Notes: generated by a model from the letters alone, not told the origin. Numbered from the stretch's first letter, positions 30,097 through 48,667 are shown. The stretch: DNA of 64,000 nucleotides from the human T2T-CHM13v2.0 reference genome, Homo sapiens (GCF_009914755.1 NC_060945.1), one strand, 5' to 3'. Translations and numbers: made by a program.

Positions 30097-30948
30097 TCAA
30101 GGCCACCCATTGGCAACTTCAGTAGGGTTTTTCCAGCAGCATCTTTATATTCTCTAACCCAGAACTTACTCAAGGTATATAGTAGGTACTAAATAATTAC
30201 TTGCTTAATGAAAACTATTTTCAAGCTTTCTCTTCAATCTTGTCTCTCCATGCATTCAAAAGTAATTTAGAGCTAACCATGTGGCTATCATGCTTACGTT
30301 GTTTTAATTGTATTTTATGTTTGACATCTACCCAGAAGAAATAGAGAAATATCCTTTAAGTTAATGTTTCTGCCCTGTGCATCATGAACAATGATTACGT
30401 TGGAATCATTTGCTAGTCAATGCCATTAATTACTTTTCCTTTTGTGGTGACTGTCATGGTCCTGTTGCTATTTTCCTCTCCAGACAGTAGAATTATACTG
30501 AAATATATCTATTAGTCATTACACATATATCTTGCAGGTTGCTTATTCCTGATACCACTTTAGTCCTGATTAAATACAACATGAACTTTGGCTTTGGACA
30601 AAGGAAGAGGCAAATCTAGCAGTGTTCCTTGAATTTATGAGGCTGCAAAATGAGTTACTGTGATTTCAGAGAGCACGGTTACCATATTAGGGAAGAAGCT
30701 CACGTGACCTTCTCCTCTGGCACTGGTGATCCCAATGGATTCACAGCCAGGGCTTGGCCTGGCTTCTTCTGCAGAGACTGTGATAATGTGCCCTGGGACC
30801 TGGATTTTATATGAATGTAGCATCTGCTCTTTGAGCACTGGAGAGAAAAGAGGGAATTAATCTACATTTCTTGATCCTTTATTATCAGACTCATCTCAAT
30901 ACTAAGCATTGTACAACCAACCTAATTCAAACTTATACAGGTGAACAA

Positions 30949-31246
30949 GTTTTATTTATTTTTTTTAAGACAGGGTCTCGCTCTGTTACCCAGGCTCGAG
31001 TGCAGTGTGAGACCTTGGCTCACTGCAACCTCTGCCTCCCAGGTTCAAGAGATTCTCCTGCCTCAGCCTCCTGAGTAGCTGAGATTACGGGTGCCCACCA
31101 ACACACTGGCTAATTTTTGTATTTTTAGTAGCACAGAGTTTCACCATGTTGCCTAGGCTGGTTTCAAACTTCGGACCTCAAGCAATCCACCCGCTTCAGC
31201 CTACCACAGTGCTGGGATTACAGGGGTGAGCCACTGTGCCCAGCCC
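30949..31246 (-). mobile_element. Alu (S/J)
   Basis: Antisense Alu dimer. Confidence 0.92.
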
Positions 31247-32846
31247 ATGAAAAGTTTTATTAAACATGTTTTAGTAAATCTGTTTAGATGAGGAAGCTAA
31301 AGTTCTGATAAGCTAAATAACTTGACCAAGACCACACAGCTGTGACTAAGAAGTAGAGTAGGTTTTGAACCCAGGGTTATGACACCAAAGCTCCACTACT
31401 TCTCTGCGTATGGCCAAGAAGCCTAGAGATGAGATACGTGTTAAACAATGAGCTGAAATTTATAAGGACAGTGGTGCAGCTGGAACGGCGCAACAGTGAG
31501 AGGAATCTCAGGACCAATCATTAAGGTTATGAGATCTCTTTCTTCCGTGAGTCTCAGAAACCACAGAGTCACAACAGAAAAAGCAGATGATGTGATTGAC
31601 AACAATCTAGAGTCTGCGTGATAGGTGCAGTGAAATTCCCAAGGTGAGAAATTTGGGGCAAAAAATGAGGGCATGGAGGAGTCCTGTCTGTGTGCAGAGG
31701 TAAATCACACCAGGAGGCAGTGGAGACAGACTGGAACATTGTGGAAGGATCTGCAGTCTAAGGAAGTGCGGCTGGATGAGGGTGGGGAGACAGGGAAAAG
31801 ATAATACAAGCAATACTCTAGGAAAAGGATGGGCGATGTTGTTAACAGGGGGCAAATTTCAGAGTTGGAAATAGTACAGGCAGAGTCCAAAGCCTACCTC
31901 ATTCTCTAATAAGCTGCTCCTCTCTAGTTATCAAGGTAGAATGATCTGATAAACTAATTGATGCTATAAGTGTCATGGGATATGCTGCCAGGGTTATCTA
32001 CTTCAGCAGTAGCCTCTTCCCAGACAAAGCAAAGGTACTCGAAAGAGGATTCTTTAGTGATAGAATGACACACACTACCAACAGACACTAAGGGTTGTAC
32101 TTGTAAGAGCTCGAGTTTCTGGATAAGGATGTTCTTCAGTACTTCCCTCAAATCCTATTACACAAGCAAGGTCTAATCTGCCTTAGAAAGCCTCAGCGCT
32201 GCCTGAGGCTCAGCTCTTGAATGGGTTTTGTAGAAAGGTTGTAGCTCTCAATTTGAGTTCCTCTTGCCACAGCCTACAGTCTCCAGGCATCCTCCCCCGC
32301 TTTATCCTCCACCCTCACCCTAGGCTGCTCTCCCTTTCTCATCTCTCTCCCTCACTCATCTCTAGCCACCCTGGTCTCTTCTCTGTTTCTCCAATATTCC
32401 TTTCTTCCCAAAAGACTTTGCACATGCGATTCTTTCTGTCTGGAAACACTTCCATCGACTTTTCAAGAGTCTGCTGCTTCTCACTGTTCAAGTCTCTGCC
32501 TGAAGGTCACCACCTCAAGAAGGCTTACCCAACCACCTGACCTCAAACAGGTCCTGAACCCACTACCCACAGTGCTTATCCCAGAGGGTACTTTGTGTAT
32601 TTCTTACCCTCCAGCTCTCCCACCAGAAGCGGGGGCTCCTTAAAGCAGGGACTGCTGGTATGTGCTCAGCCCCTCACACAGCCTCACCACAGTAGGGGAC
32701 CTGATAAATCATAATGGGCTAAATGAGTGCCGGAGTGATCCATGAGTAAGCATCTGAGAGAGGCAGTGGAAGGATGGGGGGGCAAGAGGAAGTGGTTCCA
32801 TCAGCTGCCACTTACTCTTTTTCTCACAGTATACCTTCTCTTGTCA

Positions 32847-33143
32847 ATTTTTGTTTTGTTTCTTTGAGACAAGGTCTTGCTCTGTCACCCAGGCTAGAGT
32901 GCAGTGGCGCAATCTTGGCTCACTACAGGCTCAACCTCCCAGGCTCAAGCAATTCTGCCTCAGGCCCTCAAATAGCTGGGACAAAAGGCACGCACCTCCA
33001 TGTCTGACTAATTTTTGTATTTTTTGTAGAGACGGGGTCTTGACTTGTTGCCCAGGCTGGTCTCGAACTCCTAGGCTCAAGCAATCTGGCCACCTCAGTC
33101 TCCCAAAGTGCTGGGATTACAGGTTGAGCCACCACACCCAGCC
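32847..33143 (-). mobile_element. AluJ
   Basis: Antisense Alu with J-type motifs. Confidence 0.9.
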
Positions 33144-33294
33144 TGTTTGTCAGTTCTAATAAAATTTCCCTGTGTGGAAGACTTGTAGGGGAGGAGACAA
33201 GAGGGAATTTCTGATTTTCATTGAGTCCCACTGTGCCCTCGGGATGATCCTGGGTCGTACACAGCCCAGAGCCCAACTCTGGCCATAGGAACAT

Positions 33295-34022
<728 letters not shown>

Positions 34023-35725
34023 AACATTAATAGTCTTATTACATCATGGATAACTTCAATAGACAATGGTAAGTTGGACAGAGCAGACCTCCATCCAGGG
34101 AAATGCTGTGGGCGGGGGTAAAGGACACAGATTTTGCAATGATATCCCAAAGCCACCACTTGCTCCCTTGGGCATGTTACTTAACCTGTGAATCCATATC
34201 CTCTTCTATGAAATGACACTCATGGAAGGATCACAGGAGATAAGGTTTATAAAAGCATTTTTCATAGTTCTTAAAGGTCACTGCTCAACACATGCCAATG
34301 CCCTGCCCTCATCTTTCTGTCCAACTCGGTTACATAGGAGTAGTAAGGCCCTGGTTCTAAGAGAATTGGAAAATGCCAGATAGATTAGTAAAAATTATTG
34401 AGTGAAATAAATGCATATAAGCCTGAGTGTGTGCACAAATGCATGGATGAGGTTCCTAACATAAGGCAGGTGTGGCTGTTCTCTGAGCCTATTGTGTAAG
34501 TGTAAGCCTGGGATCCATTCTAATGAGTGGTTTTGTGCTATAATTGTAGTTGGATAGTCTGACTAACACCAGAGGCCACAGGTGACCCTGGTGGAACATT
34601 TGGAAGAAAAAGCCAGAATTTGATGGAGTACTTCACCAGTTTCCAAATGCCAAATAGAACTAAAATCGTATTACCGGCCAAGTAAAGAAGAATCCAGCTG
34701 AATTATTAAGAACATGAGTCATTTTGAGGCTCCTTGGAATTACCCATGTCTCTGAGAATTCACATTCTTTTGTAAAGATCTCCCTTAAATAACTATTTTA
34801 GTGTTACCTTTCCAAGGAGAAGAGACCTCTTAAAATCCCTTGGTTCCTGTTGAGCTGCCAGATCCCGAGGTGATCAAACAGGACAACAAGCCAAACTGAA
34901 AGAAACAACCAGGCCTTTATTCATTTACCACGAGAGTGAAGGCAAGAGACAAACAGAAAAAGGAAGGAGGGGGAAGAACTAGGGTTAAAAAGTACTGGGT
35001 CAGAGTACCCAATGGAGAGAAGAGTCTTAGTCAAGGTCCCCCTATAAGGAACATCTTGGTGGATGTACCTGAAAAGTGCCCCCGCCTCTAGCAGGGCTAT
35101 AGATAAGGAGGACCCCAAATAGAGATGTCTTGGCTATGAATGCAAATATCTGTAAGTATGAGCAGTAAGTGTGGAGGGACTTGAATCCTTGACTGCACCT
35201 CCCTCCTCCAGACACTACGATGTGGGGAGGACAACTCTCTCCCATGAGACCTGCCAGGAAAAGCCTTGCAATTGCCTTTGGTCAGACCTGAGAGATCATA
35301 CCTAGGACTTCAACCTGGAGCTGGACTCTTCACTATTGATAAGATCTCCACCACACGTTGGTCTGAAGCCATGGGTCTTAACCTTAGAGTCTGGAATTAC
35401 TAGAGAATCTGTTTAAAACTATAAATCCTCTCCTCTGAAAATGCACATAAATATATTTGGCATAAAATTTCATGAAATTTATAAAACCATGAAGTCTACC
35501 TGTAAACCCAAGGTTAAGAAATCCATCACTACAGAAGAACAGATTACTCTGTCAGGGATTTGAATAATATATAGGCCCATGTGGCTTTACTGTGGGATGT
35601 CACTAGAGGATGAAATCAGGTAACCTGGCCAGTGACTGCAGAACCACTCTGATAGAACCCCAGAACTGGCTTCACCTGTGATATGGTTTAACCACCATGC
35701 TCATTTCTAAAGGTGAACGCTGGTA

Positions 35726-35727
<2 letters not shown>

Positions 35728-35763
<36 letters not shown>
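35728..35763. repeat. (GT)n microsatellite
   Basis: Perfect GT run of about 18 units. Confidence 0.95.
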
Positions 35764-35767
<4 letters not shown>

Positions 35768-35850
35768 CAACTGATTGAATAAGTTTAACAACCCAGCAAG
35801 CACATATAGCTTGTGAGACTCAAGAAATACTTAAGTTGGTGCTCAATAAT

Positions 35851-36538
35851 TGTATTAGTTTGCTTAGGTTGCCATTACAAAATGCCACAGACTGGGTGGC
35901 TTAGACAACAGAAATTTATTTATCACCATTCTAGAGGCTGAGAAGTCCAAGATTAAGGTGCCAGCAAGATACGTTTCATTCTGAGGCCTCTTCTCTTGGC
36001 TTGTACACAGCCACCTTCTCCCTATATTCTTATATGACAGAGAAAGAGAGAGCTTTGCTTTGCTCTGTCTCTTTTTTTTTTTTTTTTTCTTGAGACAGAG
36101 TCTCGGCCTGTCACCCAGGCTGGAGTGCAGTGGCACAATCTCGGCTCACTGCAACCTCTGCCTCCGGATTCAAACGATTCTCTTGCCTCAGACTCCAGAG
36201 TATGTGGGATTACAGGCGTGTACCACCATACCCATCTAATTTTTTGTATTTTAGTAGAGATACGGTTTCACCATGTTGCCCAGGTTGGTCTTTAACCCCT
36301 GAGCTCAGGCAATCTGCCTGCCTCAGCCTCCCACAGTGCTAGGATTACAGGCATAAGCCACCATGCCCAGCTGGTCTCTCTCTCTTCTTATAAGGACACT
36401 AATTCTATCAGCTTAGGCCCCACCCTTATGACCTCACCTAACCTTGCCACCTAAAAATCCGATCTTCAAATACAATCACAATGGAAGTTAAGGCTTCAAC
36501 ATACAAATTTTGGAGGGACACAGTTCAGTTCATCGTCA
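35851..36538 (-). mobile_element. MLT1 (A/B/C-like) LTR interrupted by an Alu
   Basis: tgtattagtttgcttaggttgcc...cagaaatttatt...ggagggacacagttcag. Confidence 0.82.
36071..36372 (-). mobile_element. AluS
   Basis: Antisense Alu dimer. Confidence 0.92.
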
Positions 36539-37211
36539 TATTTAAACCAGTTCTTCCTTCTCGACCTCAAAAGGATTTCTCCCACTAAATTGAAAGTCTC
36601 TTTGCACTACTGGAGTTGAGCCAACCATGAAACAATGACAAGTTACTTCCAGAGATACCCAATATCCTTGGATTATGTTGAACATTTAGCATAGAACCTA
36701 CCTATTCTTAATAATGCTTCTTTCTGCAAAGGAAAAATAAAATTTTTTCAAAAATTTTACAGATTTTTCTGCTGGGCTATATATATTGATGGGGAGTAAC
36801 CACAAATTCACACCCCACTGTGAGATTAGATTATATTCCCACTCTATTTCAGCAAGGTTACAAACCCTACTGAAAGCATAGTGGCCATGCAGGGCAGAAA
36901 CAGATGTAATATATACTTCACCCTCAAAATGTTTCATGGAGGGCATGTAGTCACCATTGACTTTTTTGGCTCAAGGTAAGATCTTGGTGGAAAACTGCCA
37001 AGCCACTGCCCTTTTAATACACATGGCTTATATATATCATCATTTCAGAAGCATTTATATTAAAATAAATGAGATGCATTAAAATCTGTGTGCTACCCTT
37101 TAACAAAATTTTTACAAATATCAAGCTCTCCTACTTCTTGAACCCAAATTAGCACTAGCAAGGCCTCATCCTCCTCCAGAGGGTGAGGGTTGTCAGTGCC
37201 AAAATGTCCCT

Positions 37212-37580
37212 TGTATTAGTTCATTCTCTCGCTGCTAATAAAGACATACCTGAGACTGGATCATTTATAAAGAAAAACAGGTTTAATGGACTCACAGTTC
37301 CACATGGCTTGGGAGGCCTCACAATCATGGTGGAAGGCAAGGAGCAGCAAAAGCACATCTTACATGGATGGTGGGAGGCAAAGAGGGATTGTGTAGGGAA
37401 ACTCCCCTTCATAAAGCCATCAGATCTCATGACACTTATTCACTATCATAAGAACAGCATTGTAAAGACCTGCCCCTATGATTCAATCACCTCGCACCAG
37501 GTCCCTCCCACAACACATGGGAATTATGGGAGCTACAAATCAAAATGAGATTTGGGTGGGGACACAGCCAAACCATATCA
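37212..37580 (-). mobile_element. THE1 solo LTR
   Basis: tgtattagttcattctc...gacacagccaaaccatatca. TSD TCCCT. Confidence 0.92.
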
Positions 37581-38812
37581 TCCCTGAACAATACAGCTTC
37601 TCCACTTCTGGAAAATTCATGTTCTTGGGGTGCTTAAAACACTATGATTCACTGCATTTTGCCTGAAAGGTGACTGAAACACTCATAAGACATTATCAGA
37701 AAAAAACTAGTTCAATTTGGAAAAATAATACATGGATTCAGTTATAGAAACTCAAAGGAATACATGAATTGGACTGAGAAAACAGTCACAGTAAGAGACC
37801 CTCCTCTAGCTCAGCAGCTAAGATTTCTCTGTTTCCATGTCATTAGCTAACATGCTCTAAATAATTTTAATTGTTCATATAGATCAGTAACTGAAGCTTT
37901 ACAAAGTCCTACATGAAAGGTTGTTTTTCCATAAGTAAGTGCAGGCTTCAAATTAAAAATTCATTCAAAGTTACCAGACGAATTGCCCACCGAAGCAAAT
38001 AATTGAAATTATCAGAGTATCAAATAAAAATGTTTGTTTACTTTTTTTTTAATCTATAAAATGTTGCTAACAAAGTAATTTTTAGTTTTCATTTTTAAAC
38101 TGTCAGTGCTTTTTTCCAGATACCATTCATCCCTGAAAAAAATCATATTTTGGTCTATAATTGCAAAAATTATTTTTCATGGGTAGTTTCATATTTCTAA
38201 ATGTCACTTCATTTTAATTTTTGTAATTCTATCAATTTCATGTCTGGAGTTCTTCCCTGCCACCTCAGCTGAGCTCACATGCCCACTGGTAGGTGCTGTA
38301 GGATTTCCTCTCACAATTATAGCCTTAAGTTATTAATGTTTGAGACAGGAAAAGAGAGAGGAGGATTCTTATAAACGGCTCTGAGCATCTACTGAGGATG
38401 AGAAGACTTTAACTAAAATCAACTTCGCTCTTGAGAACACATTTCTCTTTGACGACTGAAACACCTAACCTTGTCATTCAAGTTAAACTCAATTGCTACC
38501 ATTTTAAAATGTAGCGACTCAGTATTAAACTCAGTCGATTCAAGCCTCTGTTCCTCAGCTCCTTTCTCCCTGGGAATGGTTTTTACTGGTGGGTGGGTTT
38601 GCAGCACTGTCCTGGCATCAGGTGTAAGAGGCAACTGGAGTTGGCATCCACAACTGACTTCCTCCAAACCCAATCGAGTTTGCCTTAGGTTCACTAGCTC
38701 TGTCCCAGAATGCTGCAACCCACCTCCAGTAGGAAAAGAGGACATAGAATGAAGGGATTGGGAAAATCTAAGTGGCTTTTCTATGCTCTACCTCATACAC
38801 AGTGAGATCTAG

Positions 38813-39176
38813 TGTATTAGTCCATTTTCATACTGCCATGAATAAATACCAGAGACTGGGTAATTTATAAAGAAAAAGAGGTTTAATGGACTCACAGTTC
38901 CACATGGCTGGGGAGGCCTCACAATCATGGCTGAAGACGAAGGAGGAGCAAAGGGACATCTTACACGGCAACAGGCAAGACAGTGTGTGCAAAAGAACTG
39001 TCCTTTATAAAACCATCAGATCTCATGAGACTTATTCACTATCACGAGAACATCATGGGAAAAAACCAGCCCCCATGATTCAATTACCTCCCACCAGGTC
39101 CCTCCCACAACCCATAAGGACTATGGGGGCTACAGTTCAAGATGAGATTTGGGTGGGAACACAGCCGAACATATCA
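38813..39176 (-). mobile_element. THE1 solo LTR
   Basis: tgtattagtccattttcatactgc...acagccgaacatatca. TSD TCTAG. Confidence 0.92.
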
Positions 39177-39384
39177 TCTAGATTCTGTGAGACTCTCTCA
39201 GCTCATTACCTGGACACCTTACCTATACAGTCTCCAATGCCATGTTGGACATTCTTGGGTCAAGAGGAACAAAGTGTGGTCAACAAGGCTGGGGAAAGAG
39301 GAATCTTCAGTACACACTAGCATCCAAACCATGTCTACTTTCTCTCCAAATCTCCTCCTCACTCCCGCTGGATAGACTTTTATC

Positions 39385-39734
39385 TCCTTTCTTTCACTAA
39401 GGTATAATTTACATATAGTGTATGAACAATTCGATTAGTTTTAACAAATGTATACACTTTTGTAACCTATAGTCTTATCAAGATATAGAATATTCTATCA
39501 CACCAGAAATTTTTCTTATGCTTCCCAACCCCCCATCAATTACCACTCCTAGGCAAACACTTTTCTGATTTCTATCATCACAGATTAATTTTGTGTGTGC
39601 CAGAATTTCATATAAACGAAATCATGCAGGGTGTGCTATTTGGGGTCTGGCTTCATCTACTCAGCATCATGTTTTTGAGATGCATGCATGTGGCACTATT
39701 AGTAATTTACTCCATTATATTGCATTGTATGAAA
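39385..39734 (-). mobile_element. Old L1M 3' fragment (left part of the host of the UBE3A retrocopy)
   Basis: Antisense L1M 3'UTR motifs (ggtataatttacatatag; gaatttcatataaacgaaatcatgcag; tcagcatcatgtttttgagat). Confidence 0.8.
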
Positions 39735-42912
<3,178 letters not shown>

Positions 42913-43160
42913 TGTATGAAAATTTTACAGTTTATCTAGTCACCTGATAGACATTTAGATTATTCCCAATTTTTTACTACTATGAATAAAATTGCTATAA
43001 ATGTTTACACACAAATATTTTTGGACATATATTTTTATTTATCTTGGGTAAATTGATCTACTAGCACTATGTGTCCCTAGATAAGGTGTAAACGTGCTGG
43101 GTCAAAGGGTAGATGAATGTTTCGCTTTATTAGAAACTGCCAGTTTTCCAAAGTGGTTGT
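42913..43160 (-). mobile_element. Old L1M fragment (right part of the host of the retrocopy)
   Basis: gatagacatttagattattccca...tatgaataaaattgctataaa...gctgggtcaaagggta...aaactgccagttttccaaagtgg continues the L1 from 39734. Confidence 0.8.
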
Positions 43161-43789
43161 ACTTAAGTCTTTTTGGAGGGTAACTGCTCTTAGTACACAT
43201 CATCTTCTATTCTGTTGTTTAAAAGATAAGTTCTACATTCTTTATCCTCCAAGCAATAGCTGCTTTAAAGCCCCACATATTTTCTTCCCTAAAAAGTTCA
43301 GATTTTACAAATACAAAATGCTATCGCTCTACTAAGAATTATAAAAGCTTATTTTAGAACAAAAAGCCAAGGATTTGACTCTTTGTTCACACTGTGTTCT
43401 TTCTGGTCTCCCCTTCACTGACAGTCTAAGATTTGTGGCTTAGTTTAAATGGCCAAAGAGCTACAGGGTCACAAGTGGTGAAGAGAAACAAAAACACGAG
43501 ATCAGATTTTAAAATAATCAGCTAGCAATTTGGGACACCAAGCAATGCCCAATAAACTTGCCGAACAAGTTTATTCTAAAGGTTTGATAACAGCCAATGA
43601 ACAGTGCAGGAAAAATACGTTGACCACGGCTGGGGACATTTCATTTACTATTTCTGTGGTATTTCCAACAGAGAAACAAGAGAATGAATTTGTCTTTCAG
43701 TCAAGAGCTATCACTATCAATGTATTTCTATGATGTTAGGAGAAATCCTGAATATTGCTATAAACGTTATCCCTCTGTATACAGATTAG

Positions 43790-44104
<315 letters not shown>

Positions 44105-44299
44105 CAGGCTATGATTTTTATATAGGCAACAAAAATTTCTTTTAAAAAAATTCCAAAAGTACATATACTAGTCAGTTGCAGTTCTCAAAGAATTATGACT
44201 CCCAAAAATTCATGACCTGGTGTAGCTCTTGCCCCTTCAATTGAAGCTGAATAAAGCAGGTTACTTAATAAATACTAGAATTCAGTGGAGGTGATGCTT

Positions 44300-44660
44300 T
44301 GCAACTCTGGAACTGAGCCTTTAGAAGGGCTGGCATCCCTGCTTTGTTGCCACTAGGAGCTCTGCACAGCCATCGAAGTACAGCTATTCTTCCAGAAGGA
44401 TGATGTGAGGATGACACAAAGAGAAGGAGAGGATGTGAAGGAGAATCGGAGTGCAAGTGACAGTGAGAACTGAGGCCCCAGACGTAATGATCCCAAGTCA
44501 GTCATCTGATGTGGTCCAGTCCAGCATATATCACATGGAGCAGAGGCAAGCTGGTCCCACTATGCACCTTGTGAATTCCTGACCCACAGAATAGCAAACA
44601 AATAAAACTGTTATTCTTTTAAGCTACTAAACATAGAGGGTGATTTTCATGTAACAATAG
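44300..44660 (+). mobile_element. Old MLT1 LTR fragment
   Basis: gaattcctgacccacagaa...aataaaactgttattcttttaagctactaa...gtaacaatag. Confidence 0.65.
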
Positions 44661-44669
44661 AAGTAGTCT

Positions 44670-46810
44670 TGTGGGGAGTACCTCATAATCAGTTGACTGA
44701 AAACGAAAATGTTAGGCCTGATTTACAGATGCTTCTGTATGATAATGCAAGCATCACTCAAAAACAGACAACTATAGCACCACAGCCCCACCCAGGTGTG
44801 GCTGTGAGGGACAATAGGAAGTGAAATTCTCCCTGCAGGTAGAGATCTACACTGATTTATGAGAAGTAGCTTAATATTTGACTGATTGGGCAGAGTCTGC
44901 CGGGGCGGGGGTTGGGGGGAGAAACATGATTAGAAAAAATGACAAAATAGTTATTGAGAAGGGGAATATAAATGGAGTTCTCTGAATGCCCACCATGTAA
45001 AAATGTTCAGATTCCATGTGACTGTTCACTGAAGAGCTATCTCAGCAGAGGAGGATCTTATTAATAACATGGACAAGATGACCTAGCATGTGGATATCCA
45101 TTTGGCTCTTTTCCACATCATCCCACTTCTTGCCCAACAACCTCATTAATCAATTGGTCACAGTGGCAGGGTTGAAGGGTATACATGGGCTCAGTAAGGT
45201 GGATCCAATCCAGCCACTGCTGAGTGCTCAATCTGCCAGCAGCAGAGGCCAGCCCTGAATCTCTGATGTAGCCTCACTACCTGAGAGAATCCTCTAGTCA
45301 CCTGGAGGCATCATGGAAGGGGCAGTGGTTTGTTCCCACTGGAAAAGACACTTACTCTGCATGTAAATGTGCCTTCCCTGCCTACAACGCTTCTGCCAAA
45401 ATCAGTGCTTGTAGACTCAGAGACGGCCTCATTAATTATCAAAGTGTCACACACAGCCTTGTTTCCAAACCAGGAGATCATATTCCATCAAATAAAATAT
45501 GACAATAAGCTCATATGTATAGTATTGACTAGTCTTACCATGCTGCCAATCAGCCACCAGTCTGAAAAAACAACTGAATAACCTTTGGGAAACTTAGTTA
45601 TGACACCAGCTTAGGGACAACACTTGGCAGGGAAGTTATAGCTAGTTATATCATATTACATAATAAGGAATTAAACTTTTAGTTATTCCGCTAGGAAAGA
45701 ACGATGGCCACCAGGAATGGGCAGAGGAAGAAGGAAATTATAACACCAGTTAAGCCTGTCTGTCCAGTTATAAAAACAAAGACTAGTAATTCTGGCTATT
45801 GTTTTTCTTACTTTCATATAAATACCTGTGTATATATTAACCAATTATGTTCCTTTCTTCCCCTTCTCTCATTAAGCTAGTATTGATCATCAGATGTGTT
45901 AATAGTTGGTTAGTCTTTTATCTCAGTATTCAGGTTACAAGATATCAAAGGAAAAGTGTGATGCAGCTTAAAGGGTAATAAAAGTGCTGGAGAGGATGTG
46001 GAGAAATAGGAACACTTTTACACTGTTGGTGGGACTGTAAATTAGTTCAACCATTGTGGAAGACTGTGGCAATTCCTCAAGGATCTAAAACTAGAAATAC
46101 CATTTGACCCAGCAATCCCATTACTGGGTATATACCCAAAGGATTATAAATCATGCTGCTATAAAGACACGTGCACATGTATATTCATTGCGGCACTATT
46201 CACAACAGCAAAGATTTGGAACCAACCCAAATGTCCATCAATGATAGACTGGATTAAGAAAATGTGGCACATATACACCATGGAATACTATGCAGCCATA
46301 AAAAAGGATGTGTTCATGTCCTTTGTAGGGACATGGATGAAGCTGGAAACCATCATTCTCAGCAAACTATCGCAAGGACAAAAAACCAAACACCGCATGT
46401 TCTCACTCATAGGTGGGAATTGAACAATGAGAACACTTGGATACAGGAAAGAGAACATCACACACCGGGGCCTGTCATGGGGTAGGGGGAGGGGGGAGGG
46501 ATAGCATTAGGAGATATACCTAATGTAAATGACGAGTTAATGGGTGCAGCACACCAGCGTGGCACATGTATACAGATGTAACAAACCTGCACGTTGTGCA
46601 CATGTACCCTAGAACTTAAAGTATAATTTAAAAAAAAAAGGGTAATAACATCACCCAGAGATGGATTAGATGACACATGAGACTTTGTATCCCTTTGGGG
46701 CAAGAAGGTTAGCAGGTGTTAGGTTGTTTGGGGGGTGGTTGCATCAAGTTAGAAAGTTAAATATATGTTAAAAAGGTATATATGGTGCCAAGTTAACAAT
46801 GGGTTGACTA
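44670..46810 (+). mobile_element. ERVL internal remnant (RNase H and integrase, 3' region, polypurine tract), split by an L1PA
   Basis: A*FTDAS at 44716 (ERVL AWFTDGS). H*SIGHSGRVEGYTWAQ and ATAECSICQQQRP at about 45144-45250 form the HHCC zinc finger. ggtgccaagttaacaatgggttgact precedes the 3' LTR. Confidence 0.8.
45982..46636 (+). mobile_element. 5'-truncated primate L1PA (about PA4-PA5) 3' end
   Basis: ORF2 C-terminus MIDWIKKMWHIYTMEYYAAIKK...FSLIGGN* (46241-46423), G-rich 3'UTR tract, poly(A). TSD AAAGGGTAATAA at 45970-45981 and 46637-46648. Confidence 0.95.
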
Positions 46811-47830
46811 CGTAGTTTTATGCATGCCAACTGATCTACTAGCACTATGATTCCCAGAATTATCTTCTGGGAAACCTGAGCAAGATTTGGAAGGCAGAAG
46901 TGAACGGCAGCCATTGACTCTTCAAAGACCATCATTGTTAGTGCAACAAGGGATAGAAGCAGAAGTGCTGGCAGATTCCAGCCCTCATTCATGTTTTCCC
47001 TCCTCTGTATCTAGCTCTTCTTCCTGACTGCAAGCTTTGCTGACTGTGATAGGTAATTTTATGTGTCAACTCAGAGGGCATTTTGAGATGAAATTAACAT
47101 TTAAATCAGTGAACTATTAGGTAAAGTAGATTGCCTTCCACAATGTGGGTGGGCCTCATCCAATACGTTAAAGGCCTGAACTGAACAAAAAGATCAGCCT
47201 CCCTGAGCAAGAGGAACTTCTCCAACAGACTGCCTTCAGCCTTTATCTGCACCATCAGCTCTCCAGGATCTCAGACTTGCCAGTCCCCCTGCAGATTTTA
47301 GACTTCCCAGCCGTCGTAATCACGTGAGCCAATTCCATAGATAGAAAGATGGGTGGATGGATGGATAGATAGATGATAAACAGATGATAGACAGATGGAG
47401 ATAGACAGATAGATAGATGATATACAGATAGACGATATACGGATAGATGGGTAGATAGATAGGCAGGCAGGCAGATAGATCCTACTGGTTCTTTCTCTCT
47501 GGAGAGCCTGAACACACGGGCCAGCAATCTTTCCAGGCCCATAACCAGATGCAAAGGCAACAACAGGGTTCCCAGGCTCCTTCCCAGTTTCATTCCTCAG
47601 CTGCTGCCCCTGCCTTCCCACATTCCTTTGTGAACTCTGCCCTTGTCCACTTGCACTAGCATTTCAGAAGGCACGGTTATAGACATTTCTCTGATCCTCC
47701 AACCCCTCCTTGTAAACTATACTTCTCCGGCCCCTTCCATAATGGTATAAGGCTTTATTCCTATGATAAATCCCTTATTCTATAAAACTCGTAATGGTTC
47801 TGCTGTCTTTATTGTACCATGACTGATACA
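46810..47830 (+). mobile_element. Old MLT2-type 3' LTR with a nested MLT2 (about 47045-47517)
   Basis: Follows the ERVL polypurine tract. The nested copy runs tgtgataggtaattttatgtgtcaact...cctactggttctttctctctggagagcctga. Confidence 0.65.
47338..47480. repeat. Degenerate (GATA/GATG)n tetranucleotide repeat
   Basis: Directly visible. Confidence 0.9.
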
Positions 47831-48667
47831 ATATATTACCATTTTGTGCAAAAGAAATTGTGCTAACATTCTCAGCATAGGCAGTAAAGCACTCACACTG
47901 TAAAATGGTTCTCATTTCTTGTCCCATTCATCCACTCATTCATTCACTGAGGAAACATTTGCCGAATACCTACCATCGGCCAGGTGCTGTTCTAAGACAG
48001 CAGACTTAAAATACACAAAGGGCTGTGATGTGAATATGATCAGCATCTAGAACTATAACCACTGAAGGGAAATTGCCAGGAGGAGATTTCAGTTCAATAT
48101 TAAGAACTTTCTGACAATTAAAACTGCCTCAAAGGAATGGCCTCTCTGTTCTAAGGTAGTAAGGGCCTAGTACTACAGAAATTACCTAGCAACTTACTTA
48201 CTTACTTCTGACACATCAGAAGCCCTGATGCATCAGTTAGCAGAGTTTGAATATTCACCAGGTTCAATTTTATATTTATATTTGGTGATTCCAATATATT
48301 ATATGCTATCTGTGAGATTTTGAGACTCTATATTCTGTCTGTATTCTAAGGTGACTATGAGATATAGTAGGATTATATAGTAGTCTCAGAATAATACCAA
48401 AAAGGGAAGAGAACAGGTGTCTTTTCTTTACCATATGCCAGGCAATATTCATTAGTTGTTTTATAATCCTCCCAAAACTCTAAAAAGTAAGTGTTATTAT
48501 CCCCTCTCTATGGATAAAGACGCTGAAATTCAGCAAGTTATAGTGACTTATCCAAACATCTCAGCCACCAATCAGAAGAAACTGAAAACTTTCTGACCCC
48601 AAACCTATGTTTTTTCTTATGCTGTATCACCCTCAAGTTTCAGCATTTTTATGTAAGAATTAGTATG

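Noticed and set aside
46241-46423. 60-aa ORF with real protein similarity
   Set aside because: C-terminus of L1 ORF2 in a 5'-truncated L1PA, not a gene.
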